Below, piece after piece: positions 10,749-19,577 of a stretch of 64,000 bases of DNA. Below the pieces are notes generated by a model, which had not been told where the DNA came from, made no database searches, and worked only from the letters and a program-made list of their open reading frames with translations. Each line of letters begins with the position of its first letter. Position 1 is the first letter of the stretch. Made by a program: the position numbers and the translations under genes. Source of the DNA: a virus (lineage: Duplodnaviria; Caudoviricetes); IMG/VR virus record IMGVR_UViG_3300044633_001982, one strand, 5' to 3'.

Positions 10749-11747
10749 ATGGCTATAAAGAAAAAAGAATTTTCATTAGATGCAATCAAAAATAAGTATT
10801 CTACGAAAACTAAATACAAAGATACAGAGTTCTATGAAGTCGACGAAGCTTTTCATAGTAGTTGCGGTTTACCTGGTCCTGCTTTGGGTAACATCAATAT
10901 GTTCTTGGGGCACTCAAATTCTTCCAAAACGACAGCACTTGTTAAAGCCGCTGTTTCGGCTCAGAAGAAGGGGCATCTACCCGTTTTCATTATTACTGAA
11001 AAGAAATGGTCGTGGGACCACGCGGTAGAATTAGGTCTTAAAGCTGAACTTATCGAAGGAGAATGGGACGGACAATTTATCTTCAATGATAACTTTGATT
11101 ACATCGAACAAGTTACAGACTATATTAACGAATTATTGGACGAACAAGAAAAAGGTAACATTCCTTATTCTCTTTGTTTTCTTTGGGATTCTGTTGGTTC
11201 AGTTCCTTGTAAGATGACATTTGATGGTAAAGGTGGTAAACAACACAACGCATCTGTTTTGGCAGACAAGATTGGTATGGGTATCCAAGCTCGTATTACT
11301 AAATCTCGTAAGGAAGATTATCCATATACAAACACAATGGTAGTAGTAAATCAACCTTGGGTTGAATTACCTGATAATCCATTTGGACAACCAACAATTA
11401 AGGCCAAAGGTGGTGAAGCACTTTGGTTAGCATCTGCACTTGTTTTTTTATTTGGCAATCAAAAAAATGCAGGTATTAATCACATTACTGCAACTAAAAA
11501 TGGAAGAACGGTGTCTTACGCTATCCGAACAAAAATCTCTGTTCTAAAGAACCATATTAACGGATTAGGATATAAAGATGGTAAGATTATTGCAACACCA
11601 CAAGGATATATTGTAGATACTAAAGAGGCTCTTGAGGAGTACAAAAAACAATACTCACAATATTGGAACGCAATTCTTTCAGGTACAGGGGAAATTACTC
11701 TTGATGAAAGTGAAGAAACTTTTGAAAACGAAAACGAACCATTTTAA
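10749..11747 (+). CDS. uvsX: RecA/UvsX-family recombinase
   Basis: P-loop-position GHSNSSKTT, Walker B FLWDSVGS, VVVNQPW, GGEALW; next to SSB. Confidence 0.88.
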   Translation: MAIKKKEFSLDAIKNKYSTKTKYKDTEFYEVDEAFHSSCGLPGPALGNINMFLGHSNSSKTTALVKAAVSAQKKGHLPVFIITEKKWSWDHAVELGLKAELIEGEWDGQFIFNDNFDYIEQVTDYINELLDEQEKGNIPYSLCFLWDSVGSVPCKMTFDGKGGKQHNASVLADKIGMGIQARITKSRKEDYPYTNTMVVVNQPWVELPDNPFGQPTIKAKGGEALWLASALVFLFGNQKNAGINHITATKNGRTVSYAIRTKISVLKNHINGLGYKDGKIIATPQGYIVDTKEALEEYKKQYSQYWNAILSGTGEITLDESEETFENENEPF

Positions 11748-11757
11748 TTAACTTTTT

Positions 11758-12753
11758 GTGAAAAAAACACTCCTTGTTGATGGGAATAATTTGATGAAGA
11801 TTGGATTTCATGGGGTGAAAGATTACTTTCACAACGGAGAACATATTGGAGCAATTTATCATTTCATCAACACACTAAGAAAATTTATTGAAGAACAAAA
11901 CTTTGATAAAGTAGTGGTATTTTGGGACGGAGAGGACTCTACGAGTATTCGTGGAGTTCTTTACCCCAAATACAAACAAAACCGAAAATTAGTTATGGAG
12001 GATGCAATCTTCATGTCCTACCTAAGACAAAAAAATCGCATCAAACAATATCTCGAAGAAATCTATGTGAGACAGATTGAAGTCTCAGGACGAGAAGCTG
12101 ATGATTTAATTGCTTATTATTGTCAGGTATCTGAAAATGAGGATAAATTAATTTTTTCGTCAGATAGAGATTTAACACAACTGATTTCTGAAAAAGTATC
12201 TGTATATTCACCATCACTAAAAAGTACTTTTAAAAATGGAGATACTATTAAATTTGACGACTTTTCATTTCCCCACTATAATGTTAAAACATTAAAAATT
12301 ATGACTGGTGATAAGAGTGATAATATTGAGGGAATTTACCTTTTGGGTGAAAAGACATTGGTTAAATTTTTTCCTGAGATACTTGAAAAACCGATTTCTT
12401 ATACCGATATTTTAGAAAGAGCTGAGGAACTTTTGAAAGAACAAAAAGATAATCAGACACTGAAAAATTTACTAACAGGAAAAACAAAATCAGGTATTTT
12501 TGAAAACGAATATTATGTGGTCAACGAACAAATTGTTGACTTATCAAACCCACTCCTCAAAGACGAGGACAAAGAAGAAATTTCCCAAATTGTTAATGAA
12601 ACATTAGAAACTGAAGGAAGAAGTTACAAAAATATTATTCGTTATATGGTTGAAGACGGATTGTTTAAGTACCTACCTAAAGGGGATGATTCGTGGACAT
12701 ATTTTTTAAAACCGTTTATGAAATTAACAAGAAAAGAAAAAAACAAAAAATAA
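11758..12753 (+). CDS. 5'-3' exonuclease / flap endonuclease (T4 RNase H, PolA N-domain type)
   Basis: LLVDGNN, VVFWDG, YKQNR, EADDLIA, SSDRDLTQL, GDKSDNIEGI...GEKT motifs; GTG start. Confidence 0.92.
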   Translation: MKKTLLVDGNNLMKIGFHGVKDYFHNGEHIGAIYHFINTLRKFIEEQNFDKVVVFWDGEDSTSIRGVLYPKYKQNRKLVMEDAIFMSYLRQKNRIKQYLEEIYVRQIEVSGREADDLIAYYCQVSENEDKLIFSSDRDLTQLISEKVSVYSPSLKSTFKNGDTIKFDDFSFPHYNVKTLKIMTGDKSDNIEGIYLLGEKTLVKFFPEILEKPISYTDILERAEELLKEQKDNQTLKNLLTGKTKSGIFENEYYVVNEQIVDLSNPLLKDEDKEEISQIVNETLETEGRSYKNIIRYMVEDGLFKYLPKGDDSWTYFLKPFMKLTRKEKNKK

Positions 12754-12764
12754 AAAAAACAATT

Positions 12765-13217
12765 ATGAGAGAACAACAAGACATTACGAAACTAGAGTTT
12801 CTGATGACAGTGAACAACAATTTTATTGTTCAGAGATTTTTTAATGTAAAAGGGTATAACCCAAATTCGCATCGTTCCGCGGATTTAATTGACTTGGTTG
12901 ATAATTTTGTCAATGAATTAAAACACAATTTCAAAATGAAATCTGTAAGTTACATGCTTGACAATCAGTATCAAATTACAGAAGACCCTGAAGTTTTGAA
13001 TACATCATTTACTGACGGACCCGAAGTATTCAATGTTTATATTAAAAATGGAGATAAAGTATTATATCATCAGGTATTTGATGCTAAACCGTACCCACCT
13101 AAAGTTAGATATACGGTTGATGTTAGACCTTATTTAAAAGGTGTTTTAAATGATTTGACAGAAGTTTTGTCAAGTAAAAATTTAACACACGAATATATGG
13201 GTTACTCTTTAGTTTAA
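12765..13217 (+). CDS. Hypothetical protein in the replication module (150 aa)
   Basis: ATG 12765 after an A-rich leader is preferred over 12693, which overlaps the upstream gene; no family recognised. Confidence 0.7.
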   Translation: MREQQDITKLEFLMTVNNNFIVQRFFNVKGYNPNSHRSADLIDLVDNFVNELKHNFKMKSVSYMLDNQYQITEDPEVLNTSFTDGPEVFNVYIKNGDKVLYHQVFDAKPYPPKVRYTVDVRPYLKGVLNDLTEVLSSKNLTHEYMGYSLV

Positions 13218-13241
13218 AGATATTTAATAAAAAAAGGAATT

Positions 13242-14612
13242 ATGGCGGACAAAAATTTTGAATACTTAGGAAATCAATTTCAGTTACAACTTCTAAATCA
13301 ACTTATTGTTGATAAGGATTTCGCCCATTCCATCGTTGGAGTTTTAGAACCATCTTACTTCGAAAACAAATACTTTAAACTTATTGTTCAAATGGTGAAA
13401 GAGTATTATCAAAAATTTGAGCATTCGCCAAGTTTTGATACTCTTAATCAAGTAGCTAAAAGTGAAATTGCTCAGGAGTTATTGTTAAAAATAACTCTTG
13501 ATACAATTTCTGATATAAAAAATATTGATGAAAGTGGGGTACAATTTGTTCAAGAAAAGGCTTTAAAATTCTGTAAACAACAAGAGTTACAGAAAGTGAT
13601 GGAAAAGGCTAAAAAAATTATAGACCACGGTGAGTTTGAAAATTATGACACATTAGAAGAAATGGTTCGAGAGGCATTACAAGTTGGTAATGTTGATAAA
13701 GGAACTGGTGATGTGTTTGAAAACTTAGAAGATGTATTAGCGGATGATTATAGACACCCAATTCCTATGGGAATACCGGGTATTGACAACTTACTTAAAG
13801 GTGGGTTAGCAAAAGGGGAGATTGGGGTAATACTTGCACCTACAGGTGTTGGTAAATCAACTCTAACTACAAAGATTGCAAACAATGCGTTTAATTTAGG
13901 GTTTAATGTATTACAGGTATTTTTTGAGGATAACCCAAAAATTATCCAAAGAAAACATTTTACTTGTTGGACAGGTATTGCTCCTGATGACCTTAGTACA
14001 CATAAAGATGAGGTGTTAAAAAAGGTTGCTGAGATTGAAGAGAAGATGTCTAACAAATTAATTCTTAAAAAATTACAATCTGACACATTTACTATGAGTC
14101 AAATTAAAAATCAAATTCGTAAGATGATTGCCGATGGTACTCATATTGATATGATTATTTTGGATTATATTGATTGTGTAACTCCTGAAAAAGCTTTGGA
14201 AGATGAATGGAAAAGTGAGGGTTCAGTTATGAGAGCATTTGAGGCTATGTGTCATGAATTAAATATTGTAGGATGGACAGCGACACAAGGTAACAGAAGT
14301 TCAATATCATCAGATGTTGTAACTACAGACCAAATGGGTGGGTCAATCAAAAAGGCTCAAGTTGGACACGTCATCATTACTGTAGCGAAGTCACTACAAC
14401 AAAAAGAGTTAAATCTTGCAACAATTGCCATTACAAAATCTCGTATCGGTAAAGATGGGGTAGTATTTGAAAACTGTAAGTTCAACAACGAAATGTTGGA
14501 TATTGATACAGAAAGTTCTGTAACATTCTTGGGACTTGAAGAACAAAAAGAAGAACAAAAAAGAAACAGAATTAAGGAGATTATGGAGAAAAGAAAACAA
14601 CAACAAGTATAA
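13242..14612 (+). CDS. dnaB: Replicative DnaB-like helicase (T4 gp41 type)
   Basis: Walker A APTGVGKST, Walker B IILDYID, WTATQGNR, AITKSRIG. Confidence 0.93.
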   Translation: MADKNFEYLGNQFQLQLLNQLIVDKDFAHSIVGVLEPSYFENKYFKLIVQMVKEYYQKFEHSPSFDTLNQVAKSEIAQELLLKITLDTISDIKNIDESGVQFVQEKALKFCKQQELQKVMEKAKKIIDHGEFENYDTLEEMVREALQVGNVDKGTGDVFENLEDVLADDYRHPIPMGIPGIDNLLKGGLAKGEIGVILAPTGVGKSTLTTKIANNAFNLGFNVLQVFFEDNPKIIQRKHFTCWTGIAPDDLSTHKDEVLKKVAEIEEKMSNKLILKKLQSDTFTMSQIKNQIRKMIADGTHIDMIILDYIDCVTPEKALEDEWKSEGSVMRAFEAMCHELNIVGWTATQGNRSSISSDVVTTDQMGGSIKKAQVGHVIITVAKSLQQKELNLATIAITKSRIGKDGVVFENCKFNNEMLDIDTESSVTFLGLEEQKEEQKRNRIKEIMEKRKQQQV

Positions 14613-14639
14613 TTATTAAAACAGAAATAAATTAAAAAT

Positions 14640-15587
14640 ATGGAAAAAATATTAAAAGAGAACCCAAACAGATTTGTGATATTCCCAATCCAATACAATG
14701 ATATATGGGAATATTATAAAATGCACCAAGCCGCGTTTTGGACTGCGGAAGAAGTTGATTTAAGTGGTGATATTAGAGATTGGGAAAATCTTTCAGAAAA
14801 CGAACAATATTTTATTAAAAATATTCTTTCATTTTTTGCGGCATCCGACGGTATCGTTAACGAAAATTTGGCTGAAAATTTTTATAGAGAGGTTCAGTAT
14901 CCCGAGGCTAAATTTTTCTATGGAATACAACTTGCAATGGAAAACATTCACTCGTTAATGTACTCATTATTGATTGATACTTATATCTCAAATGAAGAGG
15001 AAAAAAACAAATGTTTTACAGCTTTGGATAACCTACCGGCAGTTCAAAAGAAAGCTAAATGGGCTTTGGATTGGATTGAAAACGCATCCTTCCAAGAAAG
15101 GTTGGTGGCATTTGCCGCGGTTGAGGGTATTTTCTTTTCAGGTTCGTTTTGTTCAATCTTTTGGTTAAAGTCTCGTGGAATTATGCAAGGATTGTGTAAT
15201 GCTAATTCTTTAATCTTTAAAGATGAAAATTTACATTGTGATTTTGCAATTCATTTATTGAATAATCACGTAGAAGAAAAACCAAGTGAAAAAAGAATTA
15301 AAGAGATTTTATTGTCGGCTCTTGAAATTGAAAAAGAATTCATCACAGAATCATTACCAGTTTCACTTATTGGTATGAATTCAAATCTTATGAAACAATA
15401 CCTTGAGTTTGTTGTTGATGGATTATTAATTAAGTTTGGTTGTAAAAAACAATTTAATGTTGAACAACCATTTAAATTTATGGAACAAATTGCAGTTGAA
15501 ACAAAGGGTAACTTCTTTGAATCACGTACAGTTGAATATCAAAAAGCAAAGTTAAATGAGACTCTCTCCTTTACTGATGACTTTTAA
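14640..15587 (+). CDS. nrdB: Ribonucleotide reductase class I beta subunit
   Basis: [28 protein letters not shown] (radical Tyr), [18 protein letters not shown]...EYQKA. Confidence 0.96.
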   Translation: MEKILKENPNRFVIFPIQYNDIWEYYKMHQAAFWTAEEVDLSGDIRDWENLSENEQYFIKNILSFFAASDGIVNENLAENFYREVQYPEAKFFYGIQLAMENIHSLMYSLLIDTYISNEEEKNKCFTALDNLPAVQKKAKWALDWIENASFQERLVAFAAVEGIFFSGSFCSIFWLKSRGIMQGLCNANSLIFKDENLHCDFAIHLLNNHVEEKPSEKRIKEILLSALEIEKEFITESLPVSLIGMNSNLMKQYLEFVVDGLLIKFGCKKQFNVEQPFKFMEQIAVETKGNFFESRTVEYQKAKLNETLSFTDDF

Positions 15588-15606
15588 TTTACTATCTTTT
15601 TAAACT

Positions 15607-18039
15607 ATGATGTCATTAAGAATTAAAAAACGTAGTGGGGACGATGCGTCGTTTAATCCACAGAAAATTTATCAAAGAATTAAACGAGCCTCAAAAGGTT
15701 TAAATGTTAATTCTGACGAAATCTTTATTAAAGTAATCACTTCAGTACCAACTGAAGGGGTTATCACTACCAAAGATTTAGATAAGTTAATTTATGAAAT
15801 TGCTGCGGCGTTTACAGGTAGTCATCACGATTACTCTCGTTTAGCTTCATCTGTTGCAATCTCGTCATACCACAAAGAAACTGACCCAAGTTTTTCAAAT
15901 ACGATGCATACCTTACACGTTGATGGTATTGTAAGTAATGAATTAATGGAGATTGTCGAATCTTATGGGCCTAGTAAAATTGATGAGGTAATTAATCACG
16001 ATAATGATTATAACTTTGACTATTTTGCTTGGAGGTCACTCGCCGAAATGTACTTGTTAAAACTACCAAATGGAAAAGTTGTTGAAAGACCACAACATAT
16101 GTACATGAGAGTTGCTCTTTGGGTGACCAATACATTTGAAGAGGCTATGGAATATTACCAAGCTTTATCCACCCAAAGAATATCTCCGGCAACCCCGATT
16201 ATGATTAATGCTGGAACAAAGGTTCCACAATTGGCGTCTTGTGTTCTTCATTATAACGATTCGGATTCTCGTGAAGGTTTGTTAAATACTATGAGAGACA
16301 TCTCAACCTATTCATCAGACGCTGCGGGTATCGGACTATCAATGTCTAACATTCGTAGTAAGGAGAGTCGTATAACATCTTCTGGAGGATATGCTGGTGG
16401 ATTGTTAAAGTATTTGAAGATTGTTAACGAGTCACTTCGTTTCTTTAACCAACAAGGACGTAGACCAGGTTCCGCAGCAATTTACTTGGAACCTTGGCAT
16501 AAAGATATCTTTGATTTATTGGATATTAAAAAGAACACAGGTGCTGAGGAATTGAGAGCTCGTGATTTGTTCACCGCACTTTGGATTCCTGACAACTTTA
16601 TGAATGCGGTTAAGAACAATGACAATTGGTATTTATTCTGTCCTAATGATATTGTTAAAGCGGGTATCAAACCGTTACAAGAATCTTATGGTGATGAATA
16701 TGAGTCAAATTACGACAAGGCAGTTGAGTTAGGATTAGGTAAGAAAGTTAAGGCCCAAGAAATTTGGAATAAGATTATTGAATCTCAAATTGAAACTGGT
16801 GTTCCATATCTTTGTTCTAAAGACAATGCTAACAAAAAGACAAATCATCAGAATATTGGTGTAATTAAACAATCAAATCTTTGTAATGAGATTTACCAAT
16901 ATACTGACGAGAATACAACTGCAATCTGTACTCTTTCATCTATGGTGTTAAAGAACTATGTAAAAGATGGTGAGTTTGATTTTAATGGGTTATACGAAGA
17001 AACTCGTAAAGTTGTAAGAGCGTTAAACAAAGTTGTTAACATCAACAATTACTCAACTGAAAAAGGTCGTAAGGGTGGACTGGAACAAAGAGCAATTGCT
17101 ATCGGAACACAAGGACTTGCTGACGTATTCTATTTGATGGATTACATCTTCACATCTGATGAAGCTCGTAAGTTGAATAAAGAGATTTTTGAAACAATCT
17201 ATTTCGCGGCAATCACTGAAAGTAACAGATTGTGTATGGATGGTAAGTATGAACCATACGTTCACTTTGAAGGGTCACCAATGTCAGAAGGAGTGTTCCA
17301 ATTTGATATGTGGGGATTAAAAGAAGATGAGTTATCAGGAAGATGGCCTTGGGGAATTCTTAAACAGAATGTTAGTAAATATGGTGTTTGTAACTCATTA
17401 TTTACAGCTCAAATGCCTGTAGCATCTTCAGCGAAGATTACAGGTTCATATGAAATGACAGAACCCGCTCACTCAGCAATCTTTAACAGACGTGTAGTTG
17501 GTGGAGAGATTATGATTGTTAACAAGTATTTGATTAATGACTTTGAAAAGATTGGAATTTGGTGTGAGGATTTGAAAAACGAAATCATAATGAACGAAGG
17601 TTCAATCCAAAACATTAATTTCAACAACTACCTTGACCAAGAAGATAAGAAGTACAATTCAAAAGTTAAAAGAATTGAGCACTTAATTAACAAGTATAAA
17701 ACAATTTGGGAAATCTCACAAAAATCATTGATTGAAATGGCGGCCGACAGAGCTCCGTTTATTGACCAATCACAATCAATGAATATCTATATGGGTAACC
17801 CAACATTGTCAAAGATTTCATCATCACATTTCTATGGATGGGAAAAGGGATTGAAAACACTTTGTTATTATGTTAGAACAAAGGCAATCTCAACAGGGGC
17901 TAAACATTTGGCGATTGATACTTCAAAAATTAATAAACCAAATCCTACACCAGAACCACCAAAGGTAGACTACAGTTATATGAATTTACCTCCAAAACCT
18001 GAGAATAGTGATTTTGATTGTTTTGGTTGTTCATCTTAA
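15607..18039 (+). CDS. nrdA: Ribonucleotide reductase class I alpha subunit with ATP cone
   Basis: N-terminal IKKRSG ATP cone, QLASC, QSNLCNEI, PVASS, LCYYVRT, C-terminal CFGCSS redox pair. Confidence 0.97.
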   Translation: MMSLRIKKRSGDDASFNPQKIYQRIKRASKGLNVNSDEIFIKVITSVPTEGVITTKDLDKLIYEIAAAFTGSHHDYSRLASSVAISSYHKETDPSFSNTMHTLHVDGIVSNELMEIVESYGPSKIDEVINHDNDYNFDYFAWRSLAEMYLLKLPNGKVVERPQHMYMRVALWVTNTFEEAMEYYQALSTQRISPATPIMINAGTKVPQLASCVLHYNDSDSREGLLNTMRDISTYSSDAAGIGLSMSNIRSKESRITSSGGYAGGLLKYLKIVNESLRFFNQQGRRPGSAAIYLEPWHKDIFDLLDIKKNTGAEELRARDLFTALWIPDNFMNAVKNNDNWYLFCPNDIVKAGIKPLQESYGDEYESNYDKAVELGLGKKVKAQEIWNKIIESQIETGVPYLCSKDNANKKTNHQNIGVIKQSNLCNEIYQYTDENTTAICTLSSMVLKNYVKDGEFDFNGLYEETRKVVRALNKVVNINNYSTEKGRKGGLEQRAIAIGTQGLADVFYLMDYIFTSDEARKLNKEIFETIYFAAITESNRLCMDGKYEPYVHFEGSPMSEGVFQFDMWGLKEDELSGRWPWGILKQNVSKYGVCNSLFTAQMPVASSAKITGSYEMTEPAHSAIFNRRVVGGEIMIVNKYLINDFEKIGIWCEDLKNEIIMNEGSIQNINFNNYLDQEDKKYNSKVKRIEHLINKYKTIWEISQKSLIEMAADRAPFIDQSQSMNIYMGNPTLSKISSSHFYGWEKGLKTLCYYVRTKAISTGAKHLAIDTSKINKPNPTPEPPKVDYSYMNLPPKPENSDFDCFGCSS

Positions 18040-18062
18040 ATTTTTAAAACATCCGATGTGTT

Positions 18063-18089
18063 ATCCCGAGCTAGGTCGGGATTTTTTTT
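18063..18089 (+). terminator. Intrinsic terminator after nrdA
   Basis: ATCCCGA-GCTAGG-TCGGGAT hairpin followed by a T-tract. Confidence 0.8.
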
Positions 18090-18093
18090 GTTT

Positions 18094-18106
18094 ATAAACT
18101 ATTTAT
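18094..18106 (+). promoter_or_regulatory. Candidate late promoter ATAAACTATTTAT
   Basis: Identical 13-mer at 21442-21454; ends 4 nt before ATG 18111 and lies just after the nrdA terminator. Confidence 0.55.
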
Positions 18107-18110
18107 CGGT

Positions 18111-18878
18111 ATGTCTAATATTATTCAGGAAGAAATTGAGAAAATAAGAAAAATGATGCTTTTGGAAGATTTAGTGCAAGAGGATGGTGCAAAAAAACTA
18201 AAAGAGACTTTAGACATTTTAAAAAATAAGAAAAAAGTTTTATTGTTAAGTTGTTCAAATAGGTTTAATTGGGACCCTAAAAAAGTCGACGTACCTAAAT
18301 CAAAATTAATCGCAATGTATTTGAATGAAGAATTAGGTGATAAATCAGTTTTTATTGATGTTTCAGAACTCAAGATTTTTCCTTGTGAAGGTAATGTGTC
18401 GAGAAAAGAAGGTAACACTTGTGGACTTTTAAAATCGTTACTTAAAGATGATAAGAAAAATCCTTCAGGATATCACAGATGTTGGGCGAGTTTAAACAAT
18501 AAAACAGATGAACTTTGGAAAATATCTAAAGAACTTTTTGAATCTGACGCAGTTATATTCTTTAGTTCAGTAAGATGGGGACAAGCTAATATGTTTTATC
18601 AAAATTTGATTGAAAGATTAAATTGGATTGAAACCCGACATACTACTTTAGGTGAAAAAAATATAGTTGAAGATATTGAAACAGGATTTATTTGTGTTGG
18701 ACAAAATTGGAATGGTGAGAATGTTACAGAAACTCAAATGGATGCTCACAAATTCTATGGATTTAAACCGAATAAGAAACTATATTGGAATTGGCAATAT
18801 ACAACAGATGTTAATGACGAAAGTAAATCTTCTTACAAAAAGTCCCACAAAAAATTCATTGACGATATGGGACTATGA
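18111..18878 (+). CDS. Flavodoxin-like (WrbA / NADPH-FMN reductase family) protein with an N-terminal leader
   Basis: LKIFPCEG..S....C, DELWKISKELFESDAVIFFSSVRWG, LIERLNWIE, TGFICVGQNW; the extra leader is IIQEEIEKIRKMMLLE. Confidence 0.75.
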   Translation: MSNIIQEEIEKIRKMMLLEDLVQEDGAKKLKETLDILKNKKKVLLLSCSNRFNWDPKKVDVPKSKLIAMYLNEELGDKSVFIDVSELKIFPCEGNVSRKEGNTCGLLKSLLKDDKKNPSGYHRCWASLNNKTDELWKISKELFESDAVIFFSSVRWGQANMFYQNLIERLNWIETRHTTLGEKNIVEDIETGFICVGQNWNGENVTETQMDAHKFYGFKPNKKLYWNWQYTTDVNDESKSSYKKSHKKFIDDMGL

Positions 18879-19050
18879 GGTAGGGTATTATAAGTACACC
18901 TCAAAAGAAAAACTAATCGTGGATTGTTTAAATTATTATCCAATTAACGATTTTATAACAGAATACTTGTTAAAACAAAAATTTGTAGAATTTGAATACG
19001 AAAACAATATTCCAAAAACTATTAATGGTAAAATTATTGTTTTGATTTGA
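18859..19050 (+). CDS. Possible small orphan ORF (TTG start)
   Basis: Fills the otherwise empty 18879-19050 gap; there is no in-frame ATG near the gap, and TTG 18859 overlaps the upstream gene end. Confidence 0.25.
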   Translation: MTIWDYEVGYYKYTSKEKLIVDCLNYYPINDFITEYLLKQKFVEFEYENNIPKTINGKIIVLI

Positions 19051-19099
19051 GTCAATACATATTGGGATTTTTTATTTTATTTAAAATTTTACAACATTA

Positions 19100-19106
19100 T
19101 ATTTAT
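19100..19106 (+). promoter_or_regulatory. Candidate late-promoter element TATTTAT
   Basis: 5 nt upstream of the gp25-like ATG 19112. Confidence 0.5.
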
Positions 19107-19111
19107 GTAAT

Positions 19112-19573
19112 ATGCCAAGCCCAATAACATACGGTATTAATTTTCCATTTAGAGATTCTCCATATGGGTTCTATTTAGATTTGTCAGAAACTTCTGATGA
19201 AGAAATTAGAAGTAGTTTAATACATTTAATCTTAACTAGAAAAGGCTCAAGATATTTTTTACCTGAATTTGGTACAAGAATTTATGAATATATTTTCAAT
19301 CCTTTAGACGGACTTTCTTTTGGGGATATTGAATCTGATATTAGAACCGCTTGTGAAACTTATATGCCAAATTTACTTATTACCTCAGTTAAAGTTTACG
19401 CGGCAACAGATGAAGAGTTTGATAAAGTAGTATTAAGTAATGGTACGGTAATTAATAATACTTATAATATACCCGGACAAGGGGTTAGAGACTATACTGC
19501 AAAAGTTAGGATTGATTATAAAATAAAAAACAATACTTTTGAAAGTAGTGACTTTGTCATAATTAATATTTAA
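19112..19573 (+). CDS. Baseplate wedge subunit, T4 gp25 / GPW family
   Basis: EEIRSSLIHLILTRKGSRYFLPEFGTRIYEYIFNP is the GPW_gp25 pattern. Confidence 0.9.
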   Translation: MPSPITYGINFPFRDSPYGFYLDLSETSDEEIRSSLIHLILTRKGSRYFLPEFGTRIYEYIFNPLDGLSFGDIESDIRTACETYMPNLLITSVKVYAATDEEFDKVVLSNGTVINNTYNIPGQGVRDYTAKVRIDYKIKNNTFESSDFVIINI

Positions 19574-19577
19574 AAAT

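Noticed and set aside
10749-18039. Inteins or introns in recA, dnaB, nrdB or nrdA
   Set aside because: Lengths are ordinary and no intein or homing-endonuclease motifs were seen.
18111-18878. NrdI-type partner of the RNR
   Set aside because: The motifs are WrbA/FMN-reductase-like, a terminator separates it from nrdA, and it carries the late element.
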